DNA of 10,876 bases from an uncultured bacterium (lineage in GTDB: Bacteria > SAR324 > NAC60-12). This document shows positions 5,865-10,876 of the stretch, piece by piece. A model generated the notes under the pieces. It searched no databases. It saw only the letters and a program-made list of their open reading frames with translations, and had not been told where the DNA came from. The translations under genes and the position numbers were made by a program. The number at the start of each line of letters is the position of its first letter. The first letter of the stretch is position 1. Where the stretch lies: assembly GCA_965662845.1 (NCBI GenBank), contig CBFIJD010000017.1, forward strand, positions 3,063 through 13,938, read 5' to 3'.

Positions 5865-8800
5865 TCACTCCAACTGCGCGTTGGTGTTTTCCAGTCGATC
5901 TGAGAGTAGGCACACCAGATTGAAGGTGAAGTGTGCGGCCAGGCGGCTGTCGCTTTGGCGCAGCTGTTCTAGCTGGGCGTGGTGCAGAAACAGCGCGCGA
6001 CTTGGCTGCCGCGCAATCACATCCGCTGTGCGCGTCGGCTGATCTTCCAGCAGGGCGCTCTCGCCGAGTAGGTCGTAGGGCGTACTGATCGCGATGACAA
6101 ACCCCTCGCGCGCCTCTCCCATCCTCACTTCCAATTCGCCCTCCAGCAAAATCAACAGCTCGTGCCCGTGTTCGCCGCGCTCAAAGACTTTCTCTCCCGT
6201 CGAGATGGCGCGCACATCACCGCACTGGGCCAAGCGCTGTTGGTCGTTGGCGCTCATCCCTTGAAAAATATCCACCACCCCTTGCCGCGGATGCGGTGTG
6301 AGGTGTGGCCCTTCCGCTACGGTGTGCGTCACTTGGTCTAGAATGCGACCGCTGGTCTGTTGAATGGCAGCGCGCAGCTGACGCGCTAGGTTGAGAAACA
6401 GCGTGGTGGCGATGAATGGCCGCCGGCGCATCAGGTTGTCCAGACTGTCGCGGTTGATCACCAACAGACGTGTGGGGCCTGCCGCGATCGCCGTTGCGCT
6501 CCGGCTGGCGACGCGAAACAGCCCCATTTCTCCAAATGTTGCGCCTACAGGCAGTTGGGCCAGTTGCCGCTCTCGGCCCTCGTGACGCTGCACAATGCGT
6601 ATCTCGCCTGACAAAATGACATACATCTCATTGCCCTGATCGCCGCGCCTAAAGAGAACCTGCTGGTCTCGCAAGGTCTCAGAATAAGCGAGTAACGTCG
6701 CCACTTTGGCTTCCTTCACGCTCAAGCCACGGAACAGCCCCACGCGCCGCACAAAGGACTCGTCAAAGCGCAGCCCCAAGTAGTCCCACACGGTGATGAG
6801 TCCCGTCTCCATGACGATGGTTGGCAAGAACGTCATATCCGTCGCCAAGCAAACCAAGAGCGTGAACGCCGTCAACAAACCGAACAGCACCTGCGAGTCC
6901 ATCTCAGAGGTCGTGAAGACGCTGAAACCTAACGCGAGCGCGCACGTGGTCGCGAGCATCGGCCGCGCGACTTGGCGCAACGCCAGCGTCGAGGCTTGGC
7001 GTCGGTCGCGCGTTTGTTGGACGTTTTGATGATAGCGGCTGAGGAAGTGGATCGTGTCATCCACCCCAATCCCCAACGCGATGGAGGCGATGATCGAGAT
7101 CGTCACGCCCAAAGGCAGCCCGAACCATCCCAGCGTGCCAAAGAAGAGCAGCACCGCCGCGATGTTGGGAAACAAGGCGATCACGCCCATCTTCCAGGAG
7201 AGAAAGAGCCCCCACATCATGCCAAAAATGATCAACAGCGCGAGGGCGACACTGCGGGCTTGTCCTGTCGCAATATTGTTCGCCGACTCGCTGGTGAGGA
7301 CGGCTCCTCCCGTAAACCGGGTCTGCAAATGCGGCACAAAGCGGGGGAGGTTCTGTTGCAGGATCTCTCGCCACTCCAGCAAAATGGTGGAGCTGGTTGT
7401 GCGAAATCGCAGCGTCATTTGCAGCGTGGAACCGTCTTCGCTCAAAAAGACCGCGCCCTGCTCCTGCTGCAAGCGCTCAAAGAAGCGCCGCACCTCTGCG
7501 TCGCTGAGGTCGTCCAAGCCGTTCCGATAGACTGCGAGGGTTTGAGAAGGGGAATAGACCTTGTCTAAACGCAAGCCCTCCAACGACTGAACCTCCACGC
7601 TCTGTCCATCGAAGAGCCAGCGCTCAAACTGTTGCAGCCCTAGCAACGTCTTCGCCGAGACAAGCGGGGTCGCTGCCGCAGGTGAGACGCTAAACATCAG
7701 ACGCAAGGAGCTTACCCCAGCGAGATGCTCTTCGATCAAACGGAGGTCTTGCTCAAGCGGATGCTCTGGAGACAGGTTCTGCGCGCTGCTGTCGATGCGG
7801 ACGCTGAACACCCCAACTCCGGCAAGGGTCGCCAGCAGCAACCACACTCCAATCACTTGCCGTGCGTGCTGACGTAACCACTCCGAGCGCTGTTCCCAAA
7901 AATGCGTTGATCGACGCAGCCGCTGGGTCTTGGGAGGCGGGGCAGGAACCCGCAACACGCGCAACCACGCCGGAGCAACCGTCAGCGCAAAGAGATTGCT
8001 GAGCAACACGCCCACACAGGAATACACACCCAACTGCTGAATGGCCGGGATGGGGCTGACCGTGAGCGCAGCAAACCCAGCGACCGTCGTGAGCGCCGTG
8101 ATGCTGACAGGCAGCGTGACCGACTCTAGCGTGCTGCTAATCCGCGCTTCGAGAGACTGCGCGGGGTGCGCGCGGCTGACATGCAGAAAGTGATCGAGCA
8201 CTTTGATGACATACGCGCTGCCAACGCAAATCAAAATCGGCGCAAAAGCGATCGTGACCAAGTTCAACCCCGCCCCAAACGCACCAATAAAAGAGGCCGT
8301 CCAGAACAGTGAGAGCAACACGTTCGTCAGCGCGATGAAGACCGCTTGCCAAGTGCGGAACGTGGCAAACAGCACCAACACAATGAGACCACCACTGAGC
8401 GGCAAGATGCGCTCAATGTCCCGCTGGAGCACTTGCGAAGCCGCAAACACTTGACGCGACTGTCCGGCATAAGCGAGGCGCAGCTCTGGAGAAGCAAACT
8501 CCGCCAGAATCTGTTGCAGCTCAAGCTGCGTCTCTTCCGCAGAAGGGAGAGTGTCGGCGGAAAACTGAACCACCAGCGCGAGCGTAGCGCCATCTTGCGA
8601 GATCAAATCTCCCCGCGCGAGCGGTTGTGCGGTCAAGCTTTGCAGCGTCTGCTGGATCTGCTCATTTGCGCGGCGGCGCAGCTCCTCTGCGGTCTGGGCA
8701 AAGACCGTGGGGGCGCACCTTTGCGTCGGAGGAGCCGCGTCCTCAAAGTCAGGGACCTCTGTCGGGTCGAGATCTAGCAGCAGCGTCGCGACCAGCTCGG

Positions 8801-9359
8801 CTTCCAGAGAGGAGGCGTCTGGCGGGTCGCCCAGCGGATCCTCTTCTAGGCTGAAGTCTACGTCCGCTGGGGGCGACGGCGCCGCGGGAGGATTCCGCAA
8901 ACACGCCAGATCGTCCTGAAGTTGCTCCAGCGTTGACACACACACCGAACCGGCTTGCTCACGGTGGAAATAAGATTTGCCCGCGCATTCCCCAAAGGGA
9001 CGCGGCAGGTCGAGCACCGACTGCACCGAAGAGACCCCAGGCAGTCGCTCACGGAGTCGTTGTTGCAGCTGATCCAGCACTTCTAGTTGAGCGAGCCCAA
9101 CGGGTTGAGCGGGCTGCGCTTGCAACGCGATGATGAGGACCTCTTCGCTCCCAAAGAGGTCTCGTGAGCGCAGGAACTCTTCGTAGACGTCCGAATCGCG
9201 GCTAATGAACGGCTCAATCGTCGAGTCGATGCGGAGTTGACCGTCCGCGTCCAGCAGCTGGGAGCCCCCTTGGCGGAGCAAGAGCACCGTGAAGAGCACC
9301 GTGAACATGAGCAGAACCCGAGCGTGCTGATTGCAGCGCAGCAGCCAACGTCGCCACAT
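5865..9359 (-). CDS. MMPL/RND-superfamily exporter (COG1033-like) fused to two C-terminal cyclic-nucleotide-binding domains
   Basis: 1164 aa with the RND two-repeat topology (TM1, periplasmic domain, TM2-6, then again). Motifs include FGSEE, ITALTTVAGFAALTVSPIPAIQQLG, IALGIGVDDTIHFL and LALGFSVF...FGLL...DMTFLP. Two cNMP-binding domains follow: LFRRGDQGNEMYVILSGEIRI...FGEMGL...RSATAIA and VFERGEHGHELLILLEGELEV...LGESAL...RTADVIA. Confidence 0.9.
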   Translation of the reverse strand: MWRRWLLRCNQHARVLLMFTVLFTVLLLRQGGSQLLDADGQLRIDSTIEPFISRDSDVYEEFLRSRDLFGSEEVLIIALQAQPAQPVGLAQLEVLDQLQQRLRERLPGVSSVQSVLDLPRPFGECAGKSYFHREQAGSVCVSTLEQLQDDLACLRNPPAAPSPPADVDFSLEEDPLGDPPDASSLEAELVATLLLDLDPTEVPDFEDAAPPTQRCAPTVFAQTAEELRRRANEQIQQTLQSLTAQPLARGDLISQDGATLALVVQFSADTLPSAEETQLELQQILAEFASPELRLAYAGQSRQVFAASQVLQRDIERILPLSGGLIVLVLFATFRTWQAVFIALTNVLLSLFWTASFIGAFGAGLNLVTIAFAPILICVGSAYVIKVLDHFLHVSRAHPAQSLEARISSTLESVTLPVSITALTTVAGFAALTVSPIPAIQQLGVYSCVGVLLSNLFALTVAPAWLRVLRVPAPPPKTQRLRRSTHFWEQRSEWLRQHARQVIGVWLLLATLAGVGVFSVRIDSSAQNLSPEHPLEQDLRLIEEHLAGVSSLRLMFSVSPAAATPLVSAKTLLGLQQFERWLFDGQSVEVQSLEGLRLDKVYSPSQTLAVYRNGLDDLSDAEVRRFFERLQQEQGAVFLSEDGSTLQMTLRFRTTSSTILLEWREILQQNLPRFVPHLQTRFTGGAVLTSESANNIATGQARSVALALLIIFGMMWGLFLSWKMGVIALFPNIAAVLLFFGTLGWFGLPLGVTISIIASIALGIGVDDTIHFLSRYHQNVQQTRDRRQASTLALRQVARPMLATTCALALGFSVFTTSEMDSQVLFGLLTAFTLLVCLATDMTFLPTIVMETGLITVWDYLGLRFDESFVRRVGLFRGLSVKEAKVATLLAYSETLRDQQVLFRRGDQGNEMYVILSGEIRIVQRHEGRERQLAQLPVGATFGEMGLFRVASRSATAIAAGPTRLLVINRDSLDNLMRRRPFIATTLFLNLARQLRAAIQQTSGRILDQVTHTVAEGPHLTPHPRQGVVDIFQGMSANDQQRLAQCGDVRAISTGEKVFERGEHGHELLILLEGELEVRMGEAREGFVIAISTPYDLLGESALLEDQPTRTADVIARQPSRALFLHHAQLEQLRQSDSRLAAHFTFNLVCLLSDRLENTNAQLE
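9280..9305. repeat. Perfect 12-bp tandem duplication (AAGAGCACCGTG x2 plus AA) encoding FTVL-FTVL in TM1 of the MMPL protein
   Basis: Read directly: 9280-9291 is identical to 9292-9303. Confidence 0.85.
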
Positions 9360-9360
9360 C

Positions 9361-10875
9361 TCAGGAACCTCGAAATTGCTTGCGATAGCCGATGAAGAGT
9401 TGGGTCGCCGTGACGGCGGAACCGAGCATCTCCTGGGGAGGCATCAGAAAACGCAGCATCTTCAGCGACCACTCGGTGTTGTCTTCGGGGACTTCCCACG
9501 TGGTCATCTGCAAAAAGCCGGTCTGTTCAAACGGGAACGTCTGATAGGCGACGAAGCGCAGGCTGATGTCCTCGTACGGTTGCGCGACGACCACTCCTGA
9601 AAACTGATGACGCCACAAGTCGCGGCGATCTTGTGCGAGGTCTCCTTGGTTTTCGTAAAACAAGATGTGGCTCTCGGCTGGGACGTCGCTGAAGTAGCGT
9701 AGCGAGTAGGCCCCCAGCACGAAAAAGTAAGGCGAGGTTGTCTCCAGCGAGGTCGCAAACGCTCGATATGGCGCTTTCACCGTGCGAAAGCGTAGGTTGT
9801 CATCTGCCGAGATGTCGTAGGAATACAGGTTCTTCTGGTCAAACAACCCTAGGTCAAACTTCCACACCCAGTCTCCCCACGCGAAGTCGCCTTCCACCGT
9901 GAAGAAGTCGCTGCGTGTCTCGCGTTCGGTGTAGCTGCTCGCGAGGCGTTCAAAAGCCGATTGGCGACCGCCCAGAACATCTGCGGAGTCGTCCTCCACG
10001 GTAGATTCGTCGTAGCGTTCGTAGTCAAACTCCACCGCAGGTTCGTAGTCAAACCAGTGAAAGAAGCTAAATCGCAGATCGTAGTCCTCGGCAAACCAGT
10101 GATATTGCACCCCCAAATAGTCGCGCAAGAACGAGCTGTCTTCTCTCTCGCTCTCTTCTTGGGCCTCAACGCTCTCACGGAAGTCCGTAAAGCGCATGCC
10201 GACGGTGGTCTGTCGCAGCGGCAGCACAATCGCGGTCACCGTCTGATCGTCGCCAAGCCACTGATAGCGGAAGGTCGGCAGCGCTTCTTTAGTGTTCTCA
10301 AAGTCGAGCGTGTTGAGGGCGCTGGGCTCTCGCAGGTGCAGCACATCAATCGGGCGGTCAAAGTCCACCTTGCCCAGGCGGTAAATCTGCGTTCCCCAGC
10401 GGAACTGGTGCTCCCCGTCGCGATAGTTGGTGTAGATCTCGCGGATGGTGAAATAGCTGTCAATCAGCTGCTCTTGGTTGCGTTCATAGTTTTGGGCAAA
10501 GTTGATCGTCAGGCGGGCGTAGTTGTACAGCGTCGGAGAGGTCTGCACACGAATCGCCTGCTCGTAGGTGGTGGCAAAGCGAAACTCACTCAGCGTTTTG
10601 AGTTCAGGATCAATCTGATAGAGTCCCGTGATTTCGCTGCTGCCAAAGGTGGTGGTGACCGAGTGAGAGAAGCGCACACGGATGGGAAATTCTTCGGCTT
10701 CGTCCGCTGCAAACGCATCTATTTCACGTTGCAGGCGCTCCAAGCTGAGGCGTTCGGATTCTGCGTTTTCTGGGGCGGTTTCGGCGGCTGTCGGAGAGCT
10801 AGGGTCTGGAGTCGTAGGCGCTTCGGCGGCGAAGGGATCTTCGTCTACTTCCAGTTGCCGTTGCGCGGGGGTGTC
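9361..10875 (-). CDS. Putative outer-membrane beta-barrel protein (DUF1302-like) with an acidic Pro-rich N-terminal region; 5' truncated by the window
   Basis: The frame has no stop up to the window edge (DTPAQRQLEVDEDPFAAEAPTTPDPSSPTAAETAPENAESERLSLERL...), so the TTG at 10743 is probably internal. It has no long hydrophobic helices and many alternating aromatic beta-strands. IREIYTNY...FRWGTQIYRLGKVDFDRPIDVL resembles the LREAY...LRxGRQxxxWGxxD...PxD signature. The last strand is QLFIGYRKQF. Its TGA lies 1 nt before the MMPL ATG. Confidence 0.7.
   Translation of the reverse strand, partial: DTPAQRQLEVDEDPFAAEAPTTPDPSSPTAAETAPENAESERLSLERLQREIDAFAADEAEEFPIRVRFSHSVTTTFGSSEITGLYQIDPELKTLSEFRFATTYEQAIRVQTSPTLYNYARLTINFAQNYERNQEQLIDSYFTIREIYTNYRDGEHQFRWGTQIYRLGKVDFDRPIDVLHLREPSALNTLDFENTKEALPTFRYQWLGDDQTVTAIVLPLRQTTVGMRFTDFRESVEAQEESEREDSSFLRDYLGVQYHWFAEDYDLRFSFFHWFDYEPAVEFDYERYDESTVEDDSADVLGGRQSAFERLASSYTERETRSDFFTVEGDFAWGDWVWKFDLGLFDQKNLYSYDISADDNLRFRTVKAPYRAFATSLETTSPYFFVLGAYSLRYFSDVPAESHILFYENQGDLAQDRRDLWRHQFSGVVVAQPYEDISLRFVAYQTFPFEQTGFLQMTTWEVPEDNTEWSLKMLRFLMPPQEMLGSAVTATQLFIGYRKQFRGS
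10017..10054. repeat. 14-bp direct repeat (GTTCGTAGTCAAAC) with 24-bp period, encoding FDYE twice
   Basis: 10017-10030 is identical to 10041-10054. The protein reads WFDYEPAVEFDYERYD. Confidence 0.75.
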
Positions 10876-10876
10876 G

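Noticed and set aside
5865..6815. Separate CRP/FNR regulator fused by a sequencing error
   Set aside because: The frame is continuous with a plausible linker, and neither cNMP domain is followed by a helix-turn-helix.
6972..7568. 198-aa and 158-aa plus-strand ORFs (6972-7568, 7054-7530) and the other short overlapping ORFs in the track
   Set aside because: They lie within or opposite well-supported genes and have atypical composition with no family motifs.
1..10876. CRISPR array, tRNA/rRNA, transposase, integrase or defence genes
   Set aside because: I saw no spaced repeats, RNA gene signatures or relevant protein motifs, and the window is almost fully occupied by seven CDSs.

Overview
GC-rich bacterial chromosomal window with two convergent gene blocks. 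The + strand block carries the 3' end of a large Calx-beta/Ig-like repeat surface protein, a PaaG-like crotonase-family isomerase, the cobamide nucleotide-loop genes cobT and cobS, and a bacterial-type PEP carboxylase (ppc). This PEPC lacks two of the four canonical aspartate-inhibition residues. The - strand block carries a 5'-truncated, acidic outer-membrane beta-barrel candidate (DUF1302-like) followed 1 nt later by a 1164-aa MMPL/RND-family exporter. That exporter has two tandem C-terminal cyclic-nucleotide-binding domains, a Cys-bracketed acidic Pro-rich periplasmic insertion and a non-canonical proton-relay motif. The most interesting candidate system is this possibly cNMP-regulated trans-envelope lipid/metabolite export module. 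I found no RNA genes, CRISPR arrays or mobile elements. All family calls come from motif recognition by eye, not database searches.
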